From the IMG/VR virus record IMGVR_UViG_3300032285_003957, positions 1-64,000 of that record: DNA of 64,000 nt, one strand, 5' to 3'. The notes beneath the pieces were generated by a model. It had not been told where the DNA came from. It ran no database searches and saw only the letters and a program-made list of their open reading frames with translations. Position numbers and translations under genes: made by a program. Source of the DNA: a virus. Taxonomy: Duplodnaviria; Caudoviricetes. Below are positions 47,225 through 56,722 of the stretch, one piece after another (the stretch's first letter is position 1; every line of letters starts with the position of its first letter).

Positions 47225-49579
47225 ATGAACGGAAAAATTGATAATATTTTAAACTTTAATAATAAAAAAATTGACCCGTCAATCATAAATGATGACCAAA
47301 TTAAAAATTTGGTTCTTTATTTATCTGACGCTATTGATAGAAATATTGATGGCGATGTTGTGGAATTTGGTTGTTATGTTGGTGAGTCGAGCAAATACTT
47401 AACAAAAACATTACTTGAAAATGAATCAAATAAAAAGCTTTATGTTTACGATTCATTTGAGGGTTTACCGCCATTATCTAAATGGGAAGAAGGAACAGGT
47501 TGGAGAGCAGGAACGCTTAAAAGCACTGAGGAGATATTGATATCTAATTTTAACCAAAATAATTTACCAATACCAATCATACATAAAGATTGGTTTAAAG
47601 ATGTTCCCGAAAATAAATTACCTGAAAAAATTTCATTTGCTTTTTTGGATGGTGATTTTTATGATTCAATTTATGATAGTTTAAATAAAGTTTTTGATAG
47701 GATAAGTGATGGCGGATACATATGCTTCCACGACTATCAAAGAAACGATTTACCGGGCGTTAGAGCTGCAATAGAAGATACATTTAGAGAAAGAGGTGTT
47801 GATTATACTGTTATTGAGGTTTGTGAACAATTGGGGGTCTTTAAAAAGAATGGTATCGTTGATTTATTGGATAACACCATAACACAAAATGATAACATAA
47901 AATATGGTGGGACAACAATTGTTACTGGTATTTGGGATATAAAAAGAAATGAATTATCAGATGGTTGGAGTCGTAATTTTGACCATTATTTAACACACTT
48001 ATCTAAATTACTTAAAACCAAAGATAATGTTATAATATACATTGAGGATCAGTATAAATCATTTGTTGAAAATATAAGGGATAAAAGTAACACACTTATT
48101 ATTGTAAGGGAATTAGATTGGTTTAAATCAAATGAACTTTTATATAATAAGACACAAGAAATTAGAAACAATCCTGATTGGTATAATCAAGCAGGTTGGT
48201 TAAAAGATAGCACACAAGCAAAATTGGAGATGTATAATCCAATTGTGATGTCTAAGATGTTTTTATTAAATGATGCCGCCATTTTGGATCCATTTGATTC
48301 ATCACACATGGTATGGGTTGATGGTGCAATAACTAATACAGTTCATGAAGGTTATTTTTGGAAAGACAATGTTATTGAAAACATTAGTAAAACATTTAAT
48401 AAATTTTCTTTTGTTTGTTTTCCATACAACGGGACGGTTGAAATACATGGTTTCAAATACGATGAGATTTGTAAATACTCGGGTAAATTAGTGGATAGAG
48501 TTGCGAGAGGCGGTATTTTTGGTGGACCAAAACATCTAATATCTAAATTAAATCAAATTTATTATGGGTTGATGCAAGATACCTTAATAAAAAATTTGAT
48601 GGGGACTGAAGAGAGTATTTTTACAATTATAACTTACAAATATCCTGAATTTGTTCAATATTTTGATATTGAGTATAATGGATTACTTGGCCCATTTTTT
48701 GAAAATTTAAAAAACAACACATTAAAAGCAAAACAAGAGAATAATGGTGATGCGTCAATTAATGGTCATGATAAAAACAATACCGCACTTTATGTTTTAA
48801 CATATAATTCACCAAAACAATTTGAAACATTGTGTAAATCCTTTGAAATGTATGACCGTAATTTTTTGAATTTACCGAAAAAATATCTTTTAAATAATTC
48901 ATTGGATAGGTCAACAGATATCGCTTATGCTGAACTTTGTGACAAATACGGATTTGAAGAATTAAAAAAAGATAATATCGGTATTTGTGGTGGAAGACAA
49001 TTCATAGCTGAACATGCAGATGAAAATAATTTTGATTATCATTTCTTCTTTGAGGATGATATGTTTTTTTATGTAGGTGAAGATGAATTTTGTAGAAATG
49101 GTTTTAGAAGAAAAATAAAAGATTTTTACAATATTATGATGGATATTGCTTGGAAGGAAAATTTTGATTATTTAAAATGGAATTTCAGTGAATTTTTTGG
49201 TGATAATACACAACAATGGGCTTGGCACAATGTTCCCGCGTCTGTTAGACAAGAATATTTTCCTGAAACACCAATAAAATTAAGTAATGATGTTAGTTTA
49301 GCACCATATTTAAACTTCAAAAATATTAAATCTTTTAGAGGATTACCATATGCCACAGGTGAAATATATTATTGTAATTGGCCACAAGTAGTGTCAAAAC
49401 AAGGTAATAAAAAAATGTTTTTAGATACAACTTGGGAGCATCCGTATGAACAAACATGGATGTCATATATGTATCAAGAGACTGTTAAAGGTAATTTGAA
49501 TATGGGTATTTTATTGGCTACACCAACGGAACACAATAGATTTGAGCATTATGATGGTAAAGATAGAAGAGAAAATTAA
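47225..49579 (+). CDS. fusion: TylF/MycF O-methyltransferase, HtrL/WlaTC-like glycosyltransferase, GT-A domain
   Basis: GDVVEFGCYVG, YDSFEGLP, LDGDFYDS; TIVTGIWDI, WVDG, GGIFGG, GTEE; GICGGRQF, FFEDD. Confidence 0.8.
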   Translation: MNGKIDNILNFNNKKIDPSIINDDQIKNLVLYLSDAIDRNIDGDVVEFGCYVGESSKYLTKTLLENESNKKLYVYDSFEGLPPLSKWEEGTGWRAGTLKSTEEILISNFNQNNLPIPIIHKDWFKDVPENKLPEKISFAFLDGDFYDSIYDSLNKVFDRISDGGYICFHDYQRNDLPGVRAAIEDTFRERGVDYTVIEVCEQLGVFKKNGIVDLLDNTITQNDNIKYGGTTIVTGIWDIKRNELSDGWSRNFDHYLTHLSKLLKTKDNVIIYIEDQYKSFVENIRDKSNTLIIVRELDWFKSNELLYNKTQEIRNNPDWYNQAGWLKDSTQAKLEMYNPIVMSKMFLLNDAAILDPFDSSHMVWVDGAITNTVHEGYFWKDNVIENISKTFNKFSFVCFPYNGTVEIHGFKYDEICKYSGKLVDRVARGGIFGGPKHLISKLNQIYYGLMQDTLIKNLMGTEESIFTIITYKYPEFVQYFDIEYNGLLGPFFENLKNNTLKAKQENNGDASINGHDKNNTALYVLTYNSPKQFETLCKSFEMYDRNFLNLPKKYLLNNSLDRSTDIAYAELCDKYGFEELKKDNIGICGGRQFIAEHADENNFDYHFFFEDDMFFYVGEDEFCRNGFRRKIKDFYNIMMDIAWKENFDYLKWNFSEFFGDNTQQWAWHNVPASVRQEYFPETPIKLSNDVSLAPYLNFKNIKSFRGLPYATGEIYYCNWPQVVSKQGNKKMFLDTTWEHPYEQTWMSYMYQETVKGNLNMGILLATPTEHNRFEHYDGKDRREN

Positions 49580-50541
49580 ACCATAGTTTTTATCCATTCA
49601 TATGTTTTAATCAAACCATCGTATAATGGTTGTGATGGTTTCCAATTTAATTTTTCTTTGATTAATTTATTATCACTATTTCTACCCCTAACACCTTGCG
49701 GGCCGTCAATATGATTAAGATATATTTCTTTACCACTTATATCAATAATATAGTTAGCTAAAGTATTAATTGAAACAATTTCTTCACTTCCAATATTAAG
49801 TGGATTGTTAAAATTAGAATCCATAAGTTTTAATATCGCTTCAACACATTCATCAATATACAAAAAACTTCTTGTTTGTAAACCATCACCCCATATATCG
49901 ATTTGACCACCATCTAAACATTCCGCAACTTTTCTACATAAAGCCGCGGGAGCCTTTTCTTTACCACCTTTAAATGTGCCATAGGGACCAAATATGTTGT
50001 GAAATCTACCAATTCTAACATTTAACCCGTAGTTTCTTTGATATGCTTCGTATAATTTTTCACCGTATAATTTTTCCCAACCATAATTTGAATCTGGTTG
50101 TGCGGGATATACTGTGTGTTCTTCACAATTGGGATTGTTTGCGTTTTCTTGATTAAATTCAGGATATACACAAGCTGATGAAGAATAAAATACTTTTTTA
50201 ACGTTAGTTCTAATACATTCATTTAGCACGTTTAAATTAATCAATGTTGAATTATGCATAACATTCGCATCATTTTCACCAGTATTAATATAACCTGCTC
50301 CACCCATATCGGCAGCTAATTGATATACTTCATCAAATATTTCGTCGTTTCTATTGTAGAATGCTCTACCACAAGATAATGGCCTTCTTAAATCGTAATT
50401 ATAAAATTCGCTACAATAGTTTGTAAGATATTCATGTTCTTTGATATCAACTACACGAACATAATTTCCTTCATTGTATAATTTTTTAGCTAAATGACCA
50501 CCTATAAAACCGCCACCACCTAAAACCAATATTCTTTTCAT
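49576..50541 (-). CDS. NAD-dependent sugar epimerase, GDP-mannose 3,5-epimerase-like
   Basis: GGGGFIG, QLAADMGGAG, SSSACVYP, YGWEK, KEKAPAALCRK, GVRGRNSDN. Confidence 0.9.
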   Translation of the reverse strand: MKRILVLGGGGFIGGHLAKKLYNEGNYVRVVDIKEHEYLTNYCSEFYNYDLRRPLSCGRAFYNRNDEIFDEVYQLAADMGGAGYINTGENDANVMHNSTLINLNVLNECIRTNVKKVFYSSSACVYPEFNQENANNPNCEEHTVYPAQPDSNYGWEKLYGEKLYEAYQRNYGLNVRIGRFHNIFGPYGTFKGGKEKAPAALCRKVAECLDGGQIDIWGDGLQTRSFLYIDECVEAILKLMDSNFNNPLNIGSEEIVSINTLANYIIDISGKEIYLNHIDGPQGVRGRNSDNKLIKEKLNWKPSQPLYDGLIKTYEWIKTMV

Positions 50542-50552
50542 GAAATTAAAAG

Positions 50553-50693
50553 TTACTTCTTTTCTTGTTTTTTTTGTGGTAACTGTAAACCCTTCTTAAA
50601 TTCTTCTTTTTTTTCTTTAGCTTGTTTTTCAAGCATTTTGTGTTGTTCAGATATTTTCTTTCTCTCAGCTTCAGACATTCCAAAAATTGACAT
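50553..50693 (-). CDS. 46-aa basic peptide, SEAERKKISEQH leader
   Basis: Manual translation. Confidence 0.55.
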   Translation of the reverse strand: MSIFGMSEAERKKISEQHKMLEKQAKEKKEEFKKGLQLPQKKQEKK

Positions 50694-50697
50694 AATA

Positions 50698-51012
50698 TTA
50701 AATTGTTTTTTTATTCATTATTTGTAAAGACTCGTCTTTTTTATCTTTTAACAAAGAACACATTTCGTATTCTTCTCTGTTTTCATAGATTTCAATTAGT
50801 GCATCGATAATTTCAACATATAATTCTAAATCCGTATCATATGTCAATATACTTGATGTGCAGTTGTAATCATTTAAAATTTCTTCGTCAATTGCAATCA
50901 TGAAATTAGTCACCATAGCTAACTCATCTTCATCGTAATTACCATGTTGTAATACCCTTGTTGCTTGTAATAAAAAGTTTGCTGTCATTGATATATTATA
51001 AATACCTTCCAT
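50698..51012 (-). CDS. hypothetical protein
   Basis: ORF track. Confidence 0.7.
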   Translation of the reverse strand: MEGIYNISMTANFLLQATRVLQHGNYDEDELAMVTNFMIAIDEEILNDYNCTSSILTYDTDLELYVEIIDALIEIYENREEYEMCSLLKDKKDESLQIMNKKTI

Positions 51013-51335
51013 TATTTCTCTTTTAATTTTTTATCTAATATTCTAAAGCATTCTAAAAAACCCTCATATTCAACATCTTCACGAGTTTTTTTAGATTCTT
51101 GCGTTGGACCGATTATTACACCCGTTTCAAGAGCTATAGAAAAAACCCATTGGTTTGGATTATACATTTCAACCGTTAAATAAATCCCTTCTTTATCAAA
51201 AAACTGATAAAGCTTTTTTATGTCATAGATATGTAACGTAGACAGGCTTATAACACCTGTATTTGGAAACATAACATCAGTAAACCTTTTTAGGGCATTT
51301 GGATGCAAAAAATCAATAACATACCAATCTATCAT
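51012..51335 (-). CDS. hypothetical protein
   Basis: ORF track. Confidence 0.7.
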   Translation of the reverse strand: MIDWYVIDFLHPNALKRFTDVMFPNTGVISLSTLHIYDIKKLYQFFDKEGIYLTVEMYNPNQWVFSIALETGVIIGPTQESKKTREDVEYEGFLECFRILDKKLKEK

Positions 51336-51417
51336 ACAATTAATTATACGAAAATCTTCTAATAATGTATAGTTTTTAAACTTTTGATTTTTTTTATCAT
51401 AATTATCATTATTTGCA

Positions 51418-51651
51418 ATGCTCTTACACGAATTTTACTACAACAATCGAAGGCTTTATGTTGAATTCTCAACTAAGGAGGATGGGGATGATTTTTATAG
51501 AACATTGGAATTAGATTATAACGATGTTGTTTACTATTCTGTTGATATAATCGATGAAACTGATTTACGTGATTTGGATGAGAGCTTAGTGATTGAAATT
51601 ATCGAACAATATCTTAAAGAGAACGACTTACCAGAACGAGAGTATTTATAG
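51418..51651 (+). CDS. acidic hypothetical protein
   Basis: ORF track. Confidence 0.65.
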   Translation: MLLHEFYYNNRRLYVEFSTKEDGDDFYRTLELDYNDVVYYSVDIIDETDLRDLDESLVIEIIEQYLKENDLPEREYL

Positions 51652-51653
51652 TT

Positions 51654-52025
51654 ATGAGTTTTTTGTCAGAAGAAGCAAAAGAAAAATTGCAAAAATTTAC
51701 AAAATTTGTTAAGGATCAGTTAGAATTAGAAACTGTTCCCACTATATCAATTCAAAACGGTCGCGGTAAATTGAAGACTACCGCTAATTATGACCATTCT
51801 AAACCTAACAAGGTTATTAAAATTAATGCACATAAACGAGCTTTAGTTGATGTTATGAGGAGTTTAGCTCATGAAATGGTTCACCATAAACAATGGGAAC
51901 GAGGTGATTTAGAAGTTAAACCACCAGATATCGGAGGACCGATTGAGGATGAAGCTAACGCAAAAGCAGGTCAATACATAAAAATGTATTCAAAAATTGA
52001 TCCCGATATATACAATATCGATTAA
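51654..52025 (+). CDS. HExxH metallopeptidase-like protein
   Basis: RSLAHEMVHHKQ..IEDEANA. Confidence 0.7.
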   Translation: MSFLSEEAKEKLQKFTKFVKDQLELETVPTISIQNGRGKLKTTANYDHSKPNKVIKINAHKRALVDVMRSLAHEMVHHKQWERGDLEVKPPDIGGPIEDEANAKAGQYIKMYSKIDPDIYNID

Positions 52026-52043
52026 TTTTCATATTTATATCAT

Positions 52044-52304
52044 ATGAAACTTGTAATATCTGAAAAACAATTTAAACTAATATTATCTCACGAGAATCTA
52101 TTAGACGAAGAAGATGCGGCTCCATCAACACCAAGTGGTAATTCAGGTGGGAGTGCACCATCAGGTGGTGGCTCAGGTTATCCATCGGTTACAAAATGGG
52201 AAAGTGGTGTCACAAGAGGCCCTGCTAATCAAATAGGCGTAACCAAATGGTCAGATATTGTGGGTAACTCATTAAAAAGAGGAAACGCAAACCCATTAAC
52301 TTAA
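52044..52304 (+). CDS. small Gly/Ser-rich protein, ISEKQF leader
   Basis: KWESGVTRGPANQ; TATTTATA at 52032. Confidence 0.75.
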   Translation: MKLVISEKQFKLILSHENLLDEEDAAPSTPSGNSGGSAPSGGGSGYPSVTKWESGVTRGPANQIGVTKWSDIVGNSLKRGNANPLT

Positions 52305-52329
52305 CAATTTTCTTGATATTTATATTGTA

Positions 52330-53655
52330 ATGGAAAGTATTTTTATTTCAACCAATGGTAATTATTTTGTCACAAACGAGGTAATGTATTCAGTATACGA
52401 GGATAAGTCATACAAATTAGACGAGATTTCTCTTGAGAAATTCATTGATATTTTCAGTGAAAACACGCATTTTTCTTTAAAACATAAAATTCACGAAATC
52501 AAAGAATTAGCCGCTTACCAAAGAAGAATTACATACCAATTAATGGAAGGTTTATCAAATGTAATGAAAACCGAATTAATGATGGAGTATGAATATAAAT
52601 TTGGTGGTTTACTATTGACAGAAAATTACGCTCTACTTGAAAACTGGTTTGGTGATGCATGGAATTGGACCAAAGATAAAGTTGTTGGTGCAGGTAAAGC
52701 TATTGCAAATGGAGTTAGTTGGGTTGGTGGTAAAATTGTTGATGGAATTAAATGGGGTTGGGATAAATTAAAAGCATTTGGTGCATTCGCTATTAAAACA
52801 GGTAAGGATTTAGTTGCTTGTATTAGTGGTGGTGGGTGTTCACCCTTTTTTGAGGATTTTCGTGAAATGTTATTTAATCCTGCAAGTATTGCAGTTGAGA
52901 CTTTCTTAAGTATAACAGGCGTGGGTGCAGCAATTCCTGCAGTTTTGTGGGGAATTATGCTTGCTTGGGATTTATACCTTATGGTAAGTGATTACAAAAA
53001 TTTTAGTTGGTTAAATTTAATATTGGATATACTGGGCGTTGGGCTTGGCACTATTGCTAAGGGTTTTAGAACCCTATTAGGTGGTGAAGCAGCAATCGCT
53101 AAAACTGCAGGTAAAGAATTACCTGCTATTATTCAATGGGGTGAAAAAATACCTGGTGTTAAACAAGTTTTTGAAAAAGTAGGTGGTGTATTGAAAGATA
53201 GTTTAGGAACAATTTCAAGTGGTTTGAAATCTGCGGGAACTTTTCTTTCTGAAAAATTAGGTTTAAAATGGGTCGGTAAAATTGTCGATTCGTTTTCATC
53301 TAAAGCTGCTGAATTATTGGATAAATTAGGCGTTAAAGGAGGTAAAGAAAAATTAGGTCAGCAAGTTGATGCTATGTATGGTAAAACTGCAACAGGTAGA
53401 ACTTTCAAAGCTGCGGGAAAAGTTCAATCAGCTAACAAAGCTCTTTTACAAAAAGGAATTAGTGGTGGTGTAAAACATGGTGCAATAGCTCAAGGAGTTA
53501 TGACAGGTGCGGAATCTGAAACAGGACAAAAAATATTATCAAAAGCAGGTAACACTGTTGGAGCAATATTAGGAACTAATAAGGGTGCGGCAGCCGGAGA
53601 TGTGTCAAAATCTTTAGCAACAAGCTCAGGTTTTGTTGATGGTATTGACTATTAA
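52330..53655 (+). CDS. large amphipathic/membrane-associated protein (virion candidate)
   Basis: W-spaced repeats and hydrophobic helices; TATTTATA at 52317. Confidence 0.8.
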   Translation: MESIFISTNGNYFVTNEVMYSVYEDKSYKLDEISLEKFIDIFSENTHFSLKHKIHEIKELAAYQRRITYQLMEGLSNVMKTELMMEYEYKFGGLLLTENYALLENWFGDAWNWTKDKVVGAGKAIANGVSWVGGKIVDGIKWGWDKLKAFGAFAIKTGKDLVACISGGGCSPFFEDFREMLFNPASIAVETFLSITGVGAAIPAVLWGIMLAWDLYLMVSDYKNFSWLNLILDILGVGLGTIAKGFRTLLGGEAAIAKTAGKELPAIIQWGEKIPGVKQVFEKVGGVLKDSLGTISSGLKSAGTFLSEKLGLKWVGKIVDSFSSKAAELLDKLGVKGGKEKLGQQVDAMYGKTATGRTFKAAGKVQSANKALLQKGISGGVKHGAIAQGVMTGAESETGQKILSKAGNTVGAILGTNKGAAAGDVSKSLATSSGFVDGIDY

Positions 53656-53673
53656 AAAAAGAAAACAAAGAAA

Positions 53674-55764
53674 ATGGAAAGTATAAAAAGAATCAAATTA
53701 ATCATGGGGTATGATATGACAAAAACCCTAAATGAAAATAAGGTAGCATTATCTATTATTGAAGAAAACGATAATGAATATGATATCAATGAAGGTGAAT
53801 ATGACGCAATGGCTAGGTCATTTGAAACTGCATTAAAAGGTGCAGGTGAAGAATTACCTGTATTAAAATCGGCTATTGAAGATGCTGCAAATGCGGGTAA
53901 ACCTTTTAAAACTACAGGAAAATTACCAATTAAAAACATTGAGGAGTTTGAAGCAGCTTTAGCAAAAGGTGAGATTCCTGCTGTGGATTTAGGTAGAATG
54001 AGAAAAACTATTATTAATGACGCATCAACTGCTGCGGAAGCAAAAGCTGCGTTTAGAAATAGTATGACAAGTGATGCTGGTTTTATCAAAAAATATAACA
54101 CAGTTGCATATAAAGATGCAAAATCAATAGAAGCTGAATTAACAAGAAAAGGTTATAGTCCTGAACAAGCTAAAGCAATGTCTGAAGAGTTTTGGACAAA
54201 AAAGAAAGCGGGTAAATTAGGTGCACCTGGACCTGCAGCTGCGGGAACGACGGTGGCTAAAGATGCTGATGCAGCAACTGCCGCAGGTAAAGACAGCAAA
54301 GGTAAAACACAAACACAAACACAAAGTGGTCAAGGTAATGTGCAAGCCGGTCGTGATGCAAACATTAATAACACCACTAACATAACTAACAACTATATGA
54401 GTAAGGGTGTTGGCGATGTTCGTGACATTAAAAAAGTTGGTGGAACAGTTGCTGAAGATGCTGCTGCGGTAGATAAAAATATTGAAACAGCGATGAAGGA
54501 TGAAAAAGTTCCAACAGAAACTAAAGAAAAATTAGAAAATAATAGATCAAAAACTAAAAAAATTAGTAATTGGGATAAATTCAAAAATACTGCTAAAAAA
54601 GTATTAAGTAAAAAATGGCTTTATGCTTTAGGTATTATTGGCGGTGGTTATCTTGTATTAAAATGGTTATTTGGTGGTAATACTCATCCTGATATTCCAG
54701 AATGGCCAGATTGTTTAAGTGATGTTTACAACAATGGTGCCGATAATGTTGAATTATTAGGAACCAAGGGTGGTAACCCAATTTTACATGTTAAAGTTAC
54801 AGGAAGATATCCTGAAGTAGATAAAGTAGGTGGTGTATGGTTATACACATCAGGAACTGTAATGAGTGCTGATGGTGGTAAAACTAAAAAAGGTAAATGG
54901 AGTTGTCCTGCAGAAGCAGAAGAAACAGCTGCCACATCAGAAATACCTGATGAAACACCATTAGCAGAGCAAACTGCGCCTGCTGAAGATAATTTAGGTC
55001 AATTGGTAATTACATGGGATGGTGAGGAAGCACCTAAACCAATTACAGGTGGAACAACAGGTGACACAACAACATTGACTGGTAGCACAACAACTTACAA
55101 ACAATGTTCAGATTTACCATTTGCATTTGGTTGTAAAAATGATAAAATCAAAGAAATTCAAACATGTCTTGGTTTAGAAAGTAGATACCAAACAGGTAAT
55201 TTTGGGCCAATAACTCAAGATGCTATTTCAAAGAAAATTGCTGACGGAACATATAAATCAATGACCGCAGAAGCATTCAAAAATAATGGTATCCTTAAAG
55301 AGTTGTATGACGATATAATGCAACAATGTAAAGGTGGTGCAACATCAGGCTCAACTTCAGGTGATACATCAACAACTTCAGGAACTACTTCAGGTGCAAC
55401 AGCTACAACAACAGGTGCGACATCGGGTAATACCGCAACAACTTCAGGAGCTACATCGGGTAATACCGCAACAACTTCAGGAGCAACAGCAACTGATACA
55501 GTAGCAGAAGGTAAAACATTATATAATAGCTTAAGAGAAAATAAGAAAAACGATACTTGGCCAAGAATTGAGGTAAAAGGTGATGGAAGAATTAGATTTA
55601 AGGGTCCTCAACCATCAGATGCTGATTTGAGTAAATTAGATGCTTATATTAAAACATTAGGTTATAATATGATACCTCAAAGAGATACTCAATTAGATAA
55701 AACATACGGCGGTCAACCAGGTGTTAAGTATGTATGGGAAAAACCACAAGAACCAACAGCGTAA
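53674..55764 (+). CDS. large multidomain protein with TM, PG-binding-like module and Thr/Ser/Gly repeats
   Basis: ESIKRIKLIMGY..LNE leader; PFAFGCKNDKIKEIQTCLG..GNFGPIT; GATSGNTATTS x2. Confidence 0.8.
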   Translation: MESIKRIKLIMGYDMTKTLNENKVALSIIEENDNEYDINEGEYDAMARSFETALKGAGEELPVLKSAIEDAANAGKPFKTTGKLPIKNIEEFEAALAKGEIPAVDLGRMRKTIINDASTAAEAKAAFRNSMTSDAGFIKKYNTVAYKDAKSIEAELTRKGYSPEQAKAMSEEFWTKKKAGKLGAPGPAAAGTTVAKDADAATAAGKDSKGKTQTQTQSGQGNVQAGRDANINNTTNITNNYMSKGVGDVRDIKKVGGTVAEDAAAVDKNIETAMKDEKVPTETKEKLENNRSKTKKISNWDKFKNTAKKVLSKKWLYALGIIGGGYLVLKWLFGGNTHPDIPEWPDCLSDVYNNGADNVELLGTKGGNPILHVKVTGRYPEVDKVGGVWLYTSGTVMSADGGKTKKGKWSCPAEAEETAATSEIPDETPLAEQTAPAEDNLGQLVITWDGEEAPKPITGGTTGDTTTLTGSTTTYKQCSDLPFAFGCKNDKIKEIQTCLGLESRYQTGNFGPITQDAISKKIADGTYKSMTAEAFKNNGILKELYDDIMQQCKGGATSGSTSGDTSTTSGTTSGATATTTGATSGNTATTSGATSGNTATTSGATATDTVAEGKTLYNSLRENKKNDTWPRIEVKGDGRIRFKGPQPSDADLSKLDAYIKTLGYNMIPQRDTQLDKTYGGQPGVKYVWEKPQEPTA
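55420..55484 (+). repeat. 33-nt tandem coding repeat (TSGNTATTSGA x2)
   Basis: ACATCGGGTAATACCGCAACAACTTCAGGAGC twice. Confidence 0.85.
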
Positions 55765-55765
55765 T

Positions 55766-56533
55766 ATGAAAAATATTAAATTAGTAGTTAAAGAAAACCT
55801 CATTAAAAGATTTCAATTGCAAGAATCTGTTAATGCAATATTATTAGAAGAAAACGACAATAGAAAATTTAACATGACTATTCATCATTTGGGTAAACTT
55901 ATTGATGAGGGTTATGATGAGGGACAATTACATCAACATTTGGATGAACAATTTGATTGGTTAAGAAATTTGTTTGGTGGAGGCGGTTCTAATTCAAAAG
56001 ATATTGCTAATCATAATTCTGTTTTACAAACTGGTGAAACTTCGGCGTTTAATCAATTAAAACAATGGGGTATCAGAAAATTTTTAGGCGCGTTAGGTAT
56101 AGATTCTGAGGGACCTATGGCATATGCTATTTCAACTGCATTTACCGATATGAGTTTAATGGACATTATTTCTGTGTTTAGAGATAGACAAGGTTGTATT
56201 AGTCATTCGGATAATGTAGCAAGAGGTGTGATTGATGGTGCTGTAGCGGCAATGAGAGCTGAAGCGGGACCAAACTCAATGATTGGTAATTTTTTACAAA
56301 ATGCAATATCACAAACTCTTTATGATAAGGGTATGTTTAGAAAAATTGGTTCAGCAGTTTGTAACATGGTCTACGGAAAAGCATCAAAAAGTCTTTTACC
56401 TAAAGCGGCACAGAAAGCAATTGATGAACCAAAACCTACAGTAGCGGCGCCAACTAAAACAGTAAAAGCACCTACTGATGACGATTATCAATTTAAATCA
56501 GATTTTAGCAAAGATACGTCACCGTTATCTTAA
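55766..56533 (+). CDS. hypothetical protein, P/T/A-rich tail
   Basis: Start moved to MKNI. Confidence 0.75.
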   Translation: MKNIKLVVKENLIKRFQLQESVNAILLEENDNRKFNMTIHHLGKLIDEGYDEGQLHQHLDEQFDWLRNLFGGGGSNSKDIANHNSVLQTGETSAFNQLKQWGIRKFLGALGIDSEGPMAYAISTAFTDMSLMDIISVFRDRQGCISHSDNVARGVIDGAVAAMRAEAGPNSMIGNFLQNAISQTLYDKGMFRKIGSAVCNMVYGKASKSLLPKAAQKAIDEPKPTVAAPTKTVKAPTDDDYQFKSDFSKDTSPLS

Positions 56534-56550
56534 TTATATGATATTTATTA

Positions 56551-56659
56551 GTAGAGTTTGGCGGTTTGGTCGCCGTTGAATGATAACTCTATTAAACGAA
56601 AAGGAGGTATTCTAAATCTCGACAAAGGGTCTTCGGACCTTTTGTTCGTTTATAGAGTT
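56551..56659 (+). ncRNA. candidate structured ncRNA
   Basis: TATTTAT box at 56542; 10-bp stem with UUCG loop; AACTCTA can pair with either of two TAGAGTT. Confidence 0.45.
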
Positions 56660-56668
56660 ACCACAAAC

Positions 56669-56695
56669 AAAAAACCCCTCGTAGAAACGAAGGGT
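56669..56695 (-). terminator. terminator downstream of tmRNA
   Basis: Hairpin plus T6 on -. Confidence 0.6.
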
Positions 56696-56722
56696 GATGT
56701 TTTAGCGGTGGCTAAAACAAAA

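Noticed and set aside
53652-54935. Antisense ORFs 53652..54101, 54393..54584, 54726..54935 (similarly 31655..31939, 33531..33776)
   Set aside because: Shadows of Ala/Gly-rich plus-strand genes
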